A stretch of 64,000 nt of DNA from Bdellovibrionales bacterium (GCA_031370005.1 JANMPT010000077.1:83246-147245), one strand, 5' to 3'. Positions 42,870 through 53,295 are shown, numbered from the stretch's first letter. The notes: generated from the letters alone by a model not told the origin. A program made the numbers and translations.

Positions 42870-43901
42870 CTAGATCTTGAGCCAGTCGCTTTCTAAGCCT
42901 GTTTGGCTGCATGCCTTTAGCACCAGGTTTTCAAGCCAAATATGAGAGGATAAAGGAGACGATTTCAAAGCTTTATCCGTCTCTGCTAAAATCAACAAGG
43001 TATGTTCAAGCTTCTTTACTGCCCACAATCGACTTTGCATCACATAGTTATCCAAGAAATAAGGGGACACCTGCGCCGCCTGAGCAAGCTTCGTTCCAGT
43101 AAGGCCCTGTTCAAGTCCCCGCTTTATTGTAAGTAGCAAGCGAATATGACGAGCTAACAAAGATACAATCCCGATTTCACTCTGGCCTTGATCCAATAAA
43201 TGAACCAAGTGTTCCAAAGCTCGTACGCGATTGTTTTCGCCAATGGCGCGGGTAAAATCAAAAACATTCTCTTCTTTTGAGCGAGAAACCACTTGTGCCA
43301 CATCGCTGATCTCAATGCGCTTTCTAGCTCCGACAAAATTGGCAAGCTTGCGAAGCTCTGTTTCAATCTCAGAAAGATGACTGCCGGCAAGCTTTGCTAA
43401 AAGCAAAACAGCGTCTTCTGCAATATCTAGCCCCAAGGTTTCAGCAATGTGTTTCACCCAACCCGGAATCTGATTATCATAAGGTTTTTTGAACTCTACG
43501 CAGTCGGCAGTTTCAAGCATTAAACGAATTTGTTTTTTACGTTTATCAATACGCGAAGCAAGAAGCACGAAGACAGTGCTATCCACAGGAGTCGTGATTA
43601 AACTATCTAAATCTGACCACTCACGATCCGTAAGCTCTTGTGCTTCCTTCAAGATCACCAAACGCCTTGGTACCATCATAGGCAAAGTTTCAACTGCATT
43701 ACGAACATCCGAAATATCTGCGTCTGATGCATAGAACAAAGAATAGTTGAAATCGATATCGCCCTCGGCAAGGACTGCATACTTAAAACGATCGACGCAT
43801 TGATTGAGAAGATAAGGCTCATCCCCAAATAAGAAGTATAACGGAGAGAGCTGACCCTTCTCCAGTTTACTATAAAACTTTTGAGCATCAATTAAAGCCA
43901 C
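42870..43901 (-). CDS. holA: DNA polymerase III delta subunit
   Basis: YFLFGDEPYL, TLPMM..RRLVILK, ELRKL; adjacent to lptE and rpsT. Confidence 0.92.
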   Translation of the reverse strand: MALIDAQKFYSKLEKGQLSPLYFLFGDEPYLLNQCVDRFKYAVLAEGDIDFNYSLFYASDADISDVRNAVETLPMMVPRRLVILKEAQELTDREWSDLDSLITTPVDSTVFVLLASRIDKRKKQIRLMLETADCVEFKKPYDNQIPGWVKHIAETLGLDIAEDAVLLLAKLAGSHLSEIETELRKLANFVGARKRIEISDVAQVVSRSKEENVFDFTRAIGENNRVRALEHLVHLLDQGQSEIGIVSLLARHIRLLLTIKRGLEQGLTGTKLAQAAQVSPYFLDNYVMQSRLWAVKKLEHTLLILAETDKALKSSPLSSHIWLENLVLKACSQTGLESDWLKI

Positions 43902-43941
43902 TTGATATTCCCTGTAAACTTGCTGCTAATATAACACATAC

Positions 43942-44514
43942 TTAGAAGTTCTCAGTAATTCGATCATGAGCTTCAGCCATCATATCGCTGGCAACAGAGT
44001 CAATATTTTGCCTACGCGCCGAAAGATTGTAAAGTGGATTCACGGAATTAACACCAGCAAGCGTGACAAGAGGGGCATTGTAAGTGCGCTCTCCAGTAAA
44101 ACCACCGGACCAAATTTGGGTGTTATCAGATTGGCGAACAATACTTACTTTCACAGAGACAAGAATACGATAGTCTGATGCCAGCACAGCACCTCTCGGA
44201 AGATAGGGGGCTGATGACTCACCCGCTGTACGCTTTGTTCCAGGAAGATACTGAATGGATTCCACTACTCCAATGATTTTTACATCTGAAAGGTTTTCGG
44301 ACGTAACCTTCCCGACCTTTGAGCGTTCAAATTCTTGAATTAAAGCATTGGTGAAGCCCACCTCAATACCGGTTTCTTGAGTGCTATTTTTAAAAATTGG
44401 AATAGATAAATACTTATAACCACCGCCAGGAAGACTGCGGCTTGATGTGCCAATTCGATAGGCGCAACCACTCAGTAATAATAAACCTAATATCAAAAAT
44501 CTTGAAGTATTCAC
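43942..44514 (-). CDS. lptE: LPS assembly lipoprotein LptE
   Basis: Lipobox LSGC-AY, position directly upstream of holA. Confidence 0.8.
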   Translation of the reverse strand: MNTSRFLILGLLLLSGCAYRIGTSSRSLPGGGYKYLSIPIFKNSTQETGIEVGFTNALIQEFERSKVGKVTSENLSDVKIIGVVESIQYLPGTKRTAGESSAPYLPRGAVLASDYRILVSVKVSIVRQSDNTQIWSGGFTGERTYNAPLVTLAGVNSVNPLYNLSARRQNIDSVASDMMAEAHDRITENF

Positions 44515-44575
44515 AGGATTAGTTGAGTATAGCAGAGTTGAACATTCAAGCAAGAAATGACCGAAAGAGCTAGAA

Positions 44576-45772
44576 ATGAACTCTCATGACCAGCCACAAC
44601 AAGAACTAAAACTCGATCCAGCCCAAGATTATAGCCTTCTTGCACCGGGCCCAGTAAATCTGCATCCTGAGGTTCGCAAAGCTCTGGCTTTACCTATGAT
44701 CCATCATCGTACGCCAGAGTTCGATAAGATTTTAACTCGCGTCTTTATGGGCTTAAAAAATATTTTTCAAACAAAGCAAAATGTTTATATGCACTCCTCC
44801 ACGGGCAGCGGTGGAATGGAGTCACTTTTAGTAAATGTTTTAAGCCCAGGCGACAAGGTGATTGCGATTGTTTCTGGAAAATTTGGAGAGCGCTGGGCAC
44901 AAATGGCAGAAGCTTTCGGAGCCAAAGTAATCACTCACAATGTGGCCTGGGGTGAGGCTGTCAAAATCGCAGACGTTGAACGCCTTTTAGAACTACATCC
45001 GGATACACGAGCACTTCTTTGCCAAGCCTGCGAAACGAGCACTGCTGTGGTTCACCCTATTCGCGAGTTGGCGAAGCTCACAGCAAAAAGGGAAAATATT
45101 TTATTTTTAGTCGATGCCATCACTGCACTTGGCGCTTTTCCGCTTCCCATGGACGAATGGAAAATTGATGGTATCGTGGCGGGCTCTCAAAAAGCACTGA
45201 TGTTGCCAACTGGCCTTAGCTTTGTCGCCTTTTCAAAAAAAGCCGAAGGTTTTTTTGAAAAGGCCACTTGCCCCAGATATTACTATGATATTCGCCGCGA
45301 GAAAAAAGCCAACGCAAACGGCGAGACTTTCTTTAGCTCCTCTGTCAGCCTTGTCAGAGCTTTGGATGTTGTCTTGAGTTTCATTGAACAGCAGGGCTTA
45401 GATCAACTTTTCGCCACCATTCACCGCCGTGCCGAGGCCACTCGTATTTTTGCGCAGAAATTAGGATTCGAGCTTTATGCAAAGGCCCCTAGCGATTCAG
45501 TCACAGCACTTACAGTGCCTTCAGGAATGGATGGTCAAAAAATCCGTCTTCACCTAGAGGAAAAATATAATATCACCATCATGGGTGGACAAGATCAGGC
45601 TAAGGGTAAAATCATTCGCATTGGCCATATGGGATACATCCAAGATGCAGAAGTATGGCGCCTAATAAACAGTCTAGGCCTCAGTCTTCAGCACTTCGAT
45701 CCAAACTTTATATCAACTCAAAAAATTCAAGACGCGGCCTCTGAACTTAAACTCTGGCTGGGGACTCACTAA
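44576..45772 (+). CDS. Class V PLP aminotransferase (serine-pyruvate/alanine-glyoxylate type)
   Basis: PGP, HHRTPEF, ETST, VDAI, GSQKALMLP, RIGHMG. Confidence 0.92.
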   Translation: MNSHDQPQQELKLDPAQDYSLLAPGPVNLHPEVRKALALPMIHHRTPEFDKILTRVFMGLKNIFQTKQNVYMHSSTGSGGMESLLVNVLSPGDKVIAIVSGKFGERWAQMAEAFGAKVITHNVAWGEAVKIADVERLLELHPDTRALLCQACETSTAVVHPIRELAKLTAKRENILFLVDAITALGAFPLPMDEWKIDGIVAGSQKALMLPTGLSFVAFSKKAEGFFEKATCPRYYYDIRREKKANANGETFFSSSVSLVRALDVVLSFIEQQGLDQLFATIHRRAEATRIFAQKLGFELYAKAPSDSVTALTVPSGMDGQKIRLHLEEKYNITIMGGQDQAKGKIIRIGHMGYIQDAEVWRLINSLGLSLQHFDPNFISTQKIQDAASELKLWLGTH

Positions 45773-46761
45773 TGAAAAAAAAAATCCTTATTACTGATCG
45801 CTTTGCCCAGGATGTGTATCTCTATTTGCAACAGCAGTCACAGTTTGAGGTGGTGCGAGCTGACTCTCCAGTGCATTTGCCTTTAGAACATATTATGAAC
45901 GCCCATGCTTTAATTATCCGCAGTGGCACACAGATCAACGAAGAACTTCTAAAGAAAGCACGCAATCTTCAGGTGATTATCACTGCCACTAGTGGATTTG
46001 ACCACATTGACCTCACGCAGACGCAAAAGTGGGGTGTCACCGTAATGCATACACCGACAGCAAACATTGAAAGTGCCGCACAACTCACCCTGACATTGAT
46101 TCTTTCTTGTGCAACGAAGCTCATAGAAGCTCATAAAATGATGAAGGCCGGAAGCTGGAGCCGTGAAAGCCTCACTGGTATTGAGCTCAGTGGCCGCACC
46201 CACGGAATAATTGGCTTAGGTCGCATTGGAACGCGGGTGGCTCAACTCGCCCAGGCTTTTGGCATGAACGTAATTGCCTTCGACCCCTACCAGGACAGCG
46301 CGCACTTTGAGAAATATAAAGTTCAACGCTTGAGCTATGAAGAGGTTTTAAGAACTGCGGATTTTTTAAGTTTCCATGTACCTAAAACTTTAGAAACAGA
46401 CTCGATGCTTAATCGCTCTCACTTTGAGTATATTCATAGAGGGGTCATTCTTGTTAATACCTCCCGAGGCTCAGTAATTAATGAATCTGATTTGTGTGAG
46501 GCCATCGAAAAGGGCTATATTCAAGCTGTAGGCTTGGATGTTTTTGAAAAAGAACCTCTGCCTCGGACCTCGAAACTCTTAGTTTATCAAAATGTTATTT
46601 TAACGCCACACATTGGAGCCTGTACTGAGGATGCCTTTTACAAGGCATCGAATATTGCTGCTCAAAAGTTAATCGGATTTTTCTTAGATGGCTCCACCTC
46701 AGATGTTTTACCCCCCCAAGTTCCCTGGTATGGCGCAACACCCTTTTCGTCTGAGCATTAG
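45772..46761 (+). CDS. serA: D-3-phosphoglycerate dehydrogenase-like 2-hydroxyacid dehydrogenase (no ACT domain)
   Basis: GIIGLGRIG, NTSRG, LDVFEKEP, TPHIG. Confidence 0.75.
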   Translation: MKKKILITDRFAQDVYLYLQQQSQFEVVRADSPVHLPLEHIMNAHALIIRSGTQINEELLKKARNLQVIITATSGFDHIDLTQTQKWGVTVMHTPTANIESAAQLTLTLILSCATKLIEAHKMMKAGSWSRESLTGIELSGRTHGIIGLGRIGTRVAQLAQAFGMNVIAFDPYQDSAHFEKYKVQRLSYEEVLRTADFLSFHVPKTLETDSMLNRSHFEYIHRGVILVNTSRGSVINESDLCEAIEKGYIQAVGLDVFEKEPLPRTSKLLVYQNVILTPHIGACTEDAFYKASNIAAQKLIGFFLDGSTSDVLPPQVPWYGATPFSSEH

Positions 46762-46833
46762 ATTCTTGCCTTGTTACTAGCGATGAGCGAACCTTTTTCT
46801 GAATTTCTTATACATTAAATTAAGAGGTACCAA

Positions 46834-48132
46834 GTGTCTGGAACAGTCGTAGTCGGTGCTCAATGGGGCGATGAAGGCAAAGGGAAGCTTGTCGACGTCT
46901 TTGCCGCTAACGCAGATTTTGTTGTCCGCTACCAGGGCGGAGCCAATGCTGGCCATACTCTCGTAGTCAATGGCGTAAAAACTATTTTACATTTAGTGCC
47001 CTCTGGAATTCTTCACCCTGGAACCACTTGCTTAGTTACTTCCGGCGTGGTGGTAGACGTCTTTGGAATCTTGGAAGAGATTAAAAAGCTCAAGGCAAAT
47101 GGTCATTTGCAAAACCCTAAACAACTTTTGATTTCTGACTCTGCCACTGCAATTCTGCCTTATCACAAAGCCATCGATGCCGCTCGTGAAGTCGATCTAG
47201 ATGATGAAAAAATCGGCACCACGGGTCGTGGCATTGGCCCTGCCTACGAAGACCGAGCCTCTCGCCGCGCAATCCTTGTAGGTGATCTTTATGACAGAGA
47301 TTCTTTGAAAAAAAAATTAGAGCTCGGCCTCAAGGAAAAAAACTTTTTAATTGAAAAATACTACAAAGGCCAGCCCTTCAAAGCTGATGACCTAATGGAC
47401 CAACTCGAAAGTGTGGCAAAAGAACTTCTGCCATACCGCTGTCGCGACACTTCTGCAGTAATTGCAAAAGCCTTTAAAAATGGCAAACGTGTTTTATTTG
47501 AAGGTGCTCAAGGAGCAATGCTAGATTTGATCCACGGAACTTATCCTTATGTCACAAGCTCTTCGACTTTGGCGGGCTCCGCCTGTGTCGGTGCTGGCAT
47601 TGGTCCGACTCATATTCAAAAGGTAATCGGTGTCTTTAAGGCCTACACTACCCGCGTCGGCTCAGGTCCTTTTCCTACAGAGCTCACCGATGAAATTGGA
47701 AAAAAAATCCAAATGGATGGCAATGAGTTCGGCTCCACCACAGGGCGTTCCCGCCGATGTGGCTGGTTGGATCTTGTCGCCTTGAAGTATGCCATCCGCG
47801 TGAATGGCATTACCAATCTTGCATTGATGAAACTAGATATACTCTCTGGCCATGAGCGCCTGGGCCTCTGCACGGGCTACAAACTCAATGGCGAGCTTAT
47901 CAGTGAACTTCCGCCGAACTCATATGAACTTGAGAGGGTAGAACCCATCATCGAGTATCTTCCAGGCTGGAAAGAAGACATTTCAAAACTCACGACTTTG
48001 AAAGATTTGCCAAGAGCAACAATGAATTTTATAGATTACATTGTCACTCAATTGGGAACTCCTGTTGATGTAATCTCCATCGGCCCTGGCCGTGATCAAA
48101 CTCTGTGGGCCAAACCGCTTTTCACAAAATAA
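46834..48132 (+). CDS. purA: Adenylosuccinate synthetase
   Basis: QWGDEGKGK, GGANAGHT, EGAQG, TTGRSRRCGWLD. Confidence 0.97.
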   Translation: MSGTVVVGAQWGDEGKGKLVDVFAANADFVVRYQGGANAGHTLVVNGVKTILHLVPSGILHPGTTCLVTSGVVVDVFGILEEIKKLKANGHLQNPKQLLISDSATAILPYHKAIDAAREVDLDDEKIGTTGRGIGPAYEDRASRRAILVGDLYDRDSLKKKLELGLKEKNFLIEKYYKGQPFKADDLMDQLESVAKELLPYRCRDTSAVIAKAFKNGKRVLFEGAQGAMLDLIHGTYPYVTSSSTLAGSACVGAGIGPTHIQKVIGVFKAYTTRVGSGPFPTELTDEIGKKIQMDGNEFGSTTGRSRRCGWLDLVALKYAIRVNGITNLALMKLDILSGHERLGLCTGYKLNGELISELPPNSYELERVEPIIEYLPGWKEDISKLTTLKDLPRATMNFIDYIVTQLGTPVDVISIGPGRDQTLWAKPLFTK

Positions 48133-48297
48133 AGCTTTCCAAAGCTTAATAATTAAGCATGCTTAGCCTTAAGATGAGTTATTTTTTATCACATCATCAA
48201 CTTCAGGAATTTTCGTTATTATTTTTAATTTTGGCTAACAATTCGAGTTGACTTAAAGAGCGCTTTCTACGAGATTGGCAATCCTTATGATCGCTGT

Positions 48298-48373
48298 GGT
48301 TCGCTAGCTCAGCTGGTAGAGCACTTCACTTTTAATGAAGGGGTCGATGGTTCGAATCCATCGCGAGCCACCA
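48298..48373 (+). tRNA. tRNA-Lys (UUU)
   Basis: 76-nt cloverleaf, acceptor GGTTCGC/GCGAGCC, anticodon loop CTTTTAA, TTCGAAT, encoded CCA. Confidence 0.95.
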
Positions 48374-48402
48374 TTTTTTTCTCTTTTTTCAGTTCCGGGT
48401 AC

Positions 48403-48478
48403 GTTCCCATCGTCTAGGGGCCTAGGACACCTCCCTTTCACGGAGGATACAGGGGTTCGAATCCCCTTGGGAACGCCA
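48403..48478 (+). tRNA. tRNA-Glu (UUC)
   Basis: 76-nt cloverleaf, acceptor GTTCCCA/TGGGAAC, anticodon loop CTTTCAC, encoded CCA. Confidence 0.95.
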
Positions 48479-48578
48479 AATTTCTCTCGTGTAGAACCCA
48501 AATTCAGGTTGATCTCTGATTCTAGGCCTCTCCTTCTGAAGTGTTGCAATATTCAGATCGCTACACTAAAATCCAGGA

Positions 48579-49163
48579 ATGGAAATACAATGTGACTGCG
48601 GAAAATTCCGCGCTGAGCTGACTCAGTTCCCCAAAAATACTCCTGGCCGATTGATTTGTTACTGCGACGATTGCCAAGCCTTTTTACATTATTTAAAGCG
48701 CCCCGAATTATTGGATGAAAATGGTGGAACTGAAATTATTCCTGCATATCCGGCAGATATTAAAATTATCGCAGCTCAAGACGTTGTAAAATGTGTTCGT
48801 CTTCATCCTCAGGGAATGTATCGATTTTTTACTTCATGCTGCCTCACTCCAATAGCAAATACGGATCCAACGCGGCCCTGGGCAGGAATTAATCGCCGCA
48901 TGTACATAACCAAAGACTCAACGATACTTGATCGAGAACTTGGTCCTGTAAAAAGCAGCATTATGGGAAAATACGCCAAAGGCACACCACCCGTGGGAAC
49001 CCCGCAAACATTTGATTTCAAAGGGATGATCACCGTCTTGCCATTTATCATCAAAGGCAAAATTTTAGGGAAAGCGAAACATTCACCATTTTTTAATAAC
49101 GGTGAAGCCATTGTCGCACCGATAGTTTTGACAGCCGAAGAGCGTTCCAAAATCGAAGTCTGA
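48579..49163 (+). CDS. DUF6151 / GFA-like Zn-binding protein
   Basis: CDCG, CYCDDCQ, SCC.TP motifs. Confidence 0.8.
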   Translation: MEIQCDCGKFRAELTQFPKNTPGRLICYCDDCQAFLHYLKRPELLDENGGTEIIPAYPADIKIIAAQDVVKCVRLHPQGMYRFFTSCCLTPIANTDPTRPWAGINRRMYITKDSTILDRELGPVKSSIMGKYAKGTPPVGTPQTFDFKGMITVLPFIIKGKILGKAKHSPFFNNGEAIVAPIVLTAEERSKIEV

Positions 49164-49214
49164 GTTCTACAAAAATGCTGTTGGGGACGCCAATTTCTCC
49201 GGCGTAGAGCCGCC

Positions 49215-49410
49215 CTATCGCTTAGGTAAAGTAAAACAGAAAATGCTGCCTTCGCCCGGCTTTGAAGTAGCCCAAATTTTTCCATGGTGAGATTCAACCA
49301 AAGTCTTTGAGATGTACAAGCCAAGTCCCAAACCGCGACGGTCTTTATTACCCAGCTGAGCAAATCTGTCGAAGATGCGCAGTTTTTGTGCTTCAGGTAT
49401 ACCTTTAATT
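49215..49410 (-). pseudogene. Histidine kinase HATPase C-terminal fragment
   Basis: GIP...IFDRF...[29 protein letters not shown] only. Confidence 0.75.
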
Positions 49411-49845
49411 TTTTGCATTGCTGTTGCAGTTGTCGATCTAAAAGCCAAACTCAGCTCTTTAATTTTAGGCTCAACAAGGTTCCAGAATAGTGTTGCGTCT
49501 CTTCGACCTGTCTGACGAAAGTATAAAGCCAATTCTTCTAGAGTTCTCTCTACCGTTACCCTGATTATGAATTTATTCAACAGTCAGCAGAGCACCTCAT
49601 AGAAACGCTACTTGAATCACCGTCACAAACAGTCACGGCAGATCAAATATTTGATAAAGTGTTCGCTGAAAAAATTAAAAACACGGATCAAGATTTAAGA
49701 GAAGAATTGTGTCGTTGCTTGATGGTCCGTTTTTTTTATCGGTTTTGCATTCCTTTTGGAATTTTAAAGGCAGACACGGGCGATTTTTTTCTTGATAAAA
49801 AACCGAATGAGCTATTTGAAAAAACTGATTTTTTCATGTCTGAGT

Positions 49846-50307
49846 TTACCCATTTACAACAAAAGAGTCTGAAGTAGATGAAATATCAAGTGCGGCAACT
49901 TTTGACGGAGCTTGAAATTCTTTAACCAAAGTCACTTCGATATTAAACTTACTCTTTTCTTTCTCTAAAATCTGATTGATAGCAAGAATTCGAAAAGCCT
50001 TTTCCTGCTCTAAACTTAGACCAGTAAAATCACCACCCTTATTTTCCCACGAACGAAGAGTTGAAGCTGGAATATGAATTTTTTCAGAAACCTCATCAAA
50101 CGACATCTTTAAATAGGTACGCAAAAATTTGAGCTGGTGTCCGGTAAGACGCTGCTTGCTGGTTAATAAAGCTTTCGCAGTATCAGTTTTTAATTCATTC
50201 ATATTGATGTTTGGGTACTCTTCACCATCAACTGATTTGATAGAAACGTCTTTAAGAATGATGTCGAATCCAAAGCCTTTGAATGTGTAAGTCTTTAATA
50301 TTTTCAT
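49846..50307 (-). CDS. XRE-HTH antitoxin-like protein (MqsA/YgiT-like)
   Basis: LTGHQLKFLRTYLKMS...STLRSWE HTH; lies directly downstream of DUF4258. Confidence 0.7.
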   Translation of the reverse strand: MKILKTYTFKGFGFDIILKDVSIKSVDGEEYPNINMNELKTDTAKALLTSKQRLTGHQLKFLRTYLKMSFDEVSEKIHIPASTLRSWENKGGDFTGLSLEQEKAFRILAINQILEKEKSKFNIEVTLVKEFQAPSKVAALDISSTSDSFVVNG

Positions 50308-50310
50308 GCT

Positions 50311-50625
50311 CTAGTCCTCCTTCTTGTTCTTATCAATTACAGTTACGATCACAGTGTCGGGGGCATTGAAAACAACAATAATTCTAATGTCCTTTTCTCC
50401 ACTATCGTTCAAGCCTCGCAAGGAATATTTCCAGTCTTTTTTATCTTTAGTCAGACTGTCTTTTGCCTCTTCCCTTTGAGCCCGGTAGATCATTTCCTCG
50501 ACATCGCTCATTTGCACATTACGCCTTTCCATCTGTTCTTGTGCGTGATTTGAAGGAACTAAGTTACCGGATTCAAGTGCCTTAATTACATCCTGTATTA
50601 CGTTAACACGTTTATCTATCGACAT
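50311..50625 (-). CDS. DUF4258 putative toxin
   Basis: SNHAQEQMERRNV..SDV and VIVTV motifs. Confidence 0.75.
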   Translation of the reverse strand: MSIDKRVNVIQDVIKALESGNLVPSNHAQEQMERRNVQMSDVEEMIYRAQREEAKDSLTKDKKDWKYSLRGLNDSGEKDIRIIVVFNAPDTVIVTVIDKNKKED

Positions 50626-50879
50626 AATACACCCTCTACTTTATCAGATTGCTGAAAAATGCGCAATTTATATATTAATATATTGTACTTTCAGTAACTT
50701 ACATAATAATCATACTTGTTTTTAAGCATATTTCTCACATTGAGACAGGCCTTTAGGGTATACATTTGAATATCTCCGTCGTAGTTTTCAGCTAGTAATA
50801 TAACATAGTTTTTCGAACCAATTCATGCGGTTTCTATTGGGATTTTAACCGCCCCCAGAAACTCCAACCAAATAAGCTC

Positions 50880-51097
50880 TGGCCTCTGGGATAATTTTAA
50901 AGTGCATTCTAAGATTTGCTGCAAACGCATTGCAACTACATCTTGAGTTTTTGGATCCACCAATAATTCAGCTTTTAAAAGATTTGAGGCCTTTGGCTTT
51001 TCTGCAAAGTCTAACTGTGAAATCTCCGCATTTGGGAAAATATCACCCCAATTTCCAGTATCCATTGGTATCCACACTTTCCCAAAACAGCCCAGAT
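50880..51097 (-). pseudogene. Internally deleted duplicate of the mnt-hepT module plus upstream flank
   Basis: Patchwork matching ~52580-52674, 52875-52920 and 53312-53391. Confidence 0.85.
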
Positions 51098-51237
51098 AGC
51101 GACTTAAGATGTCTTGGTTTGGGGCCGAGTCGGCTGTAGACTCACTTTTACCTTAAATTACCAAGCCACTCCTAAAGCGTGGCCCGAAAACGAATTCTTG
51201 ACATAGTGAATAATAGTGTAATATAGTGTGAATCACT

Positions 51238-51582
51238 ATGGCGGCTTTTAAGTTCATTCAGTGGCTTGTAGATTGGATTGAAAGTCAGCCCTATTTTGCG
51301 TTTGAATGGGACCTCGGCAATCGCACCAAGAACTTCATCAAGCACGAGATCACCATTGAAGAGGCTGAGTCGGTATTTAACCAGCCAGAGGCCATCAGGG
51401 CGCTGGGTGAGCAGGTAAGCCCCAAGGCGAATGAGCCAAGATACGGAATACTTGGTCTTACTGGCACCCTAAAGCATGTTTTCGTCTGTTTTACGATCCG
51501 TGGCTCTGGAATCCGATTCATCCACATTCGGAAAATGAACAAGAAGGAGAGGAGTCTTTATGCCGAACTATGTAAAGAATGA
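51238..51582 (+). CDS. BrnT family toxin
   Basis: FEWD.GN..KN..KH.I..EEAE.VF, IRFIHIRKM..KER..Y. Confidence 0.88.
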   Translation: MAAFKFIQWLVDWIESQPYFAFEWDLGNRTKNFIKHEITIEEAESVFNQPEAIRALGEQVSPKANEPRYGILGLTGTLKHVFVCFTIRGSGIRFIHIRKMNKKERSLYAELCKE

Positions 51583-51796
51583 AAAAGGCTATGCAAGCGT
51601 CAAGTTTAACGCCAAGGCTGTCAAGGATGCCTATTCCAAGGCTAAGACCAAGCGCAAACACCCTACGAGCGTCAACCTGCCCGAAGAAGTTATCACGGGT
51701 CTTAAGGCGTTGGCCTTGCAGCTGGAGGTCCCTTACCAGACCCTCATGCGCAAGTTCATCACAGAGGGCCTGGCTAAGAGTAAAAAAGGCGCTTAA
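51560..51796 (+). CDS. BrnA/CopG-type antitoxin
   Basis: TSVNLPEEVI..LK..A....VPYQTLM; overlaps the toxin end; GGAGAGGAG RBS. Confidence 0.85.
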   Translation: MPNYVKNEKGYASVKFNAKAVKDAYSKAKTKRKHPTSVNLPEEVITGLKALALQLEVPYQTLMRKFITEGLAKSKKGA

Positions 51797-51807
51797 CGGG
51801 AACTGCC

Positions 51808-52134
51808 ATGATCGAATTTACCAAGTCTGAAAAACGAGAGTTGCGCCGTCTGGCTGGCGACGCTTACAAAGCTGAGATGGAGAAAGAAGTCGCCAAACTT
51901 GAAGCTGCATTTAAGACATGGCGTGATGGCAAAATCACCGTCTTTGACTTAGATGAGCAAGTCCACGCCTATTATTCTGGTCCACGCAAACAACTCTATG
52001 CCTTCTACCAAATGCGGAACCAACCTGAAGCAGCAGTGGCGCGTGGTTTAGCAATGGGACTGATTGACGCTGTACAAGTGCCTACCGAAATAAAAGCAAA
52101 GATTGAGCACATGATTGGATTTTTCAAAAGGTAA
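51808..52134 (+). CDS. Hypothetical protein
   Basis: 108-aa helical ORF immediately after the antitoxin. Confidence 0.65.
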   Translation: MIEFTKSEKRELRRLAGDAYKAEMEKEVAKLEAAFKTWRDGKITVFDLDEQVHAYYSGPRKQLYAFYQMRNQPEAAVARGLAMGLIDAVQVPTEIKAKIEHMIGFFKR

Positions 52135-52220
52135 AGATCGGCACATGATTCCCTATTATCGACGTTTGGGCCTGAAACTCAAATCAAATAAATTTAGGTG
52201 ACCCATAAGCTCGGCTATGG
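52127..52220 (+). repeat. ~94-bp direct repeat, copy 1 (copy 2 at 58009-58102)
   Basis: 73-bp identical core 52137-52209 = 58019-58091. Confidence 0.9.
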
Positions 52221-52423
52221 GTTTCATTACATGGGTTGCATATATGCAACTCCACCCAAGAAATTTCCATGTAATCTAACCATTTGGGAAAATGTCAGCT
52301 CAATTTCCAGTAATCCTATGAAAATGGCCTCTTTTTTAAACCGGCGCGTGCACTTTAATAAGTAAATAATCGACATCAATGAATACGATCTCTCTCAGTA
52401 TACCAAAGGCCACTTTGTCTCAA

Positions 52424-52768
52424 TCAGCTATTCTTCCTCGCCCACTCGATAAGCTTTTCAAACTCTTCAAAGTCATTGATGACTTCCCAGACAATGGCGA
52501 CATCGACGTCAATATAGGAATGCGAGATCTTATTTCTCATTGCAACCAATGCCGACCAATTGATCTCTAACTTACCCCTGGCCTCTGTGGATAATTTAGA
52601 AGCGCATTCTAAAATTTGCTGCAAACGCATCGCTACTGCATCTTGAGTTTTTGGATCCACCATAAATTCAGCTTGAGAAATATCAGTTAAATATCTTTCA
52701 ACAAAACCATGTGCTTCTGAAATATTGCGATAGTATTCACGATCTCGTTCACTAGTACTAAAAGACAC
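52424..52768 (-). CDS. HepT-like (DUF86/HEPN) RNase toxin
   Basis: RNKISHSY = RX4HXY motif, DAV.MRLQ.I.E. Confidence 0.88.
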   Translation of the reverse strand: MSFSTSERDREYYRNISEAHGFVERYLTDISQAEFMVDPKTQDAVAMRLQQILECASKLSTEARGKLEINWSALVAMRNKISHSYIDVDVAIVWEVINDFEEFEKLIEWARKNS

Positions 52769-53258
52769 GGACTCCATCCTTTTCAATCTCGGCCATCAAT
52801 CGACGGCCTTTTTCCGATTCGAGCCAGCTTACTACGTCAACCTTAATTTCACCAAAGGCTTCAATCACCCGACCTTCAGCTTTTAAAAGATTTGAAGCCC
52901 TTGGCTTTTCTGCAAAGTCCAAATAGACGTCAATGTCAGAGCCCTCTTTATCCTCTTTCCTTGCCACTGAACCAAAAATGAAAACGTGGCGTACACCCAT
53001 GCCCTTTAGCTCTTTGCGCAAACGACCCAAAACATCTTTTGCAAAGGAAAGCCTTGGCGCTTGAGAGGGAATTAAGTCAGGTAAGATTTCGAGCTTAAAG
53101 CCGGCGGCCTTTGAAATCTTCTCTACGACTTCAAAGCTCGGGCTTATCGCTCCGGAATTCACGCGACTGATGGTCGATGGCGATAGCCCTGTTCTGCGGG
53201 CAATCTCCTTAACCCCGATTCTTTCAATAGCGGTACTTAACTCTTTCATTACTTCCAT
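52758..53258 (-). CDS. XRE-HTH + minimal nucleotidyltransferase (MntA-like) antitoxin
   Basis: N-terminal HTH (EIARRTGLSPSTISR), FGSVAR...SDIDV = GSX10DXD. Confidence 0.88.
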   Translation of the reverse strand: MEVMKELSTAIERIGVKEIARRTGLSPSTISRVNSGAISPSFEVVEKISKAAGFKLEILPDLIPSQAPRLSFAKDVLGRLRKELKGMGVRHVFIFGSVARKEDKEGSDIDVYLDFAEKPRASNLLKAEGRVIEAFGEIKVDVVSWLESEKGRRLMAEIEKDGVRVF

Positions 53259-53261
53259 GCC

Positions 53262-53295
53262 CTATACTACCACAGGTGGTTGCGTATACGCAACC
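53262..53295 (-). promoter_or_regulatory. Promoter and palindromic operator of mnt-hepT
   Basis: Perfect 18-bp palindrome GGTTGCGTATACGCAACC (53278-53295) overlapping TTGCGT...TAGTAT. Confidence 0.7.

Noticed and set aside
48304..48595. ORFs 48304-48549(-) and 48335-48595(+)
   Set aside because: Spurious translations across the two tRNA genes
50823..51139. ORFs 50823-51077(-), 50930-51139(+) and 53170-53436(+) as genes
   Set aside because: They are translations of the duplicated remnant or non-coding repeat
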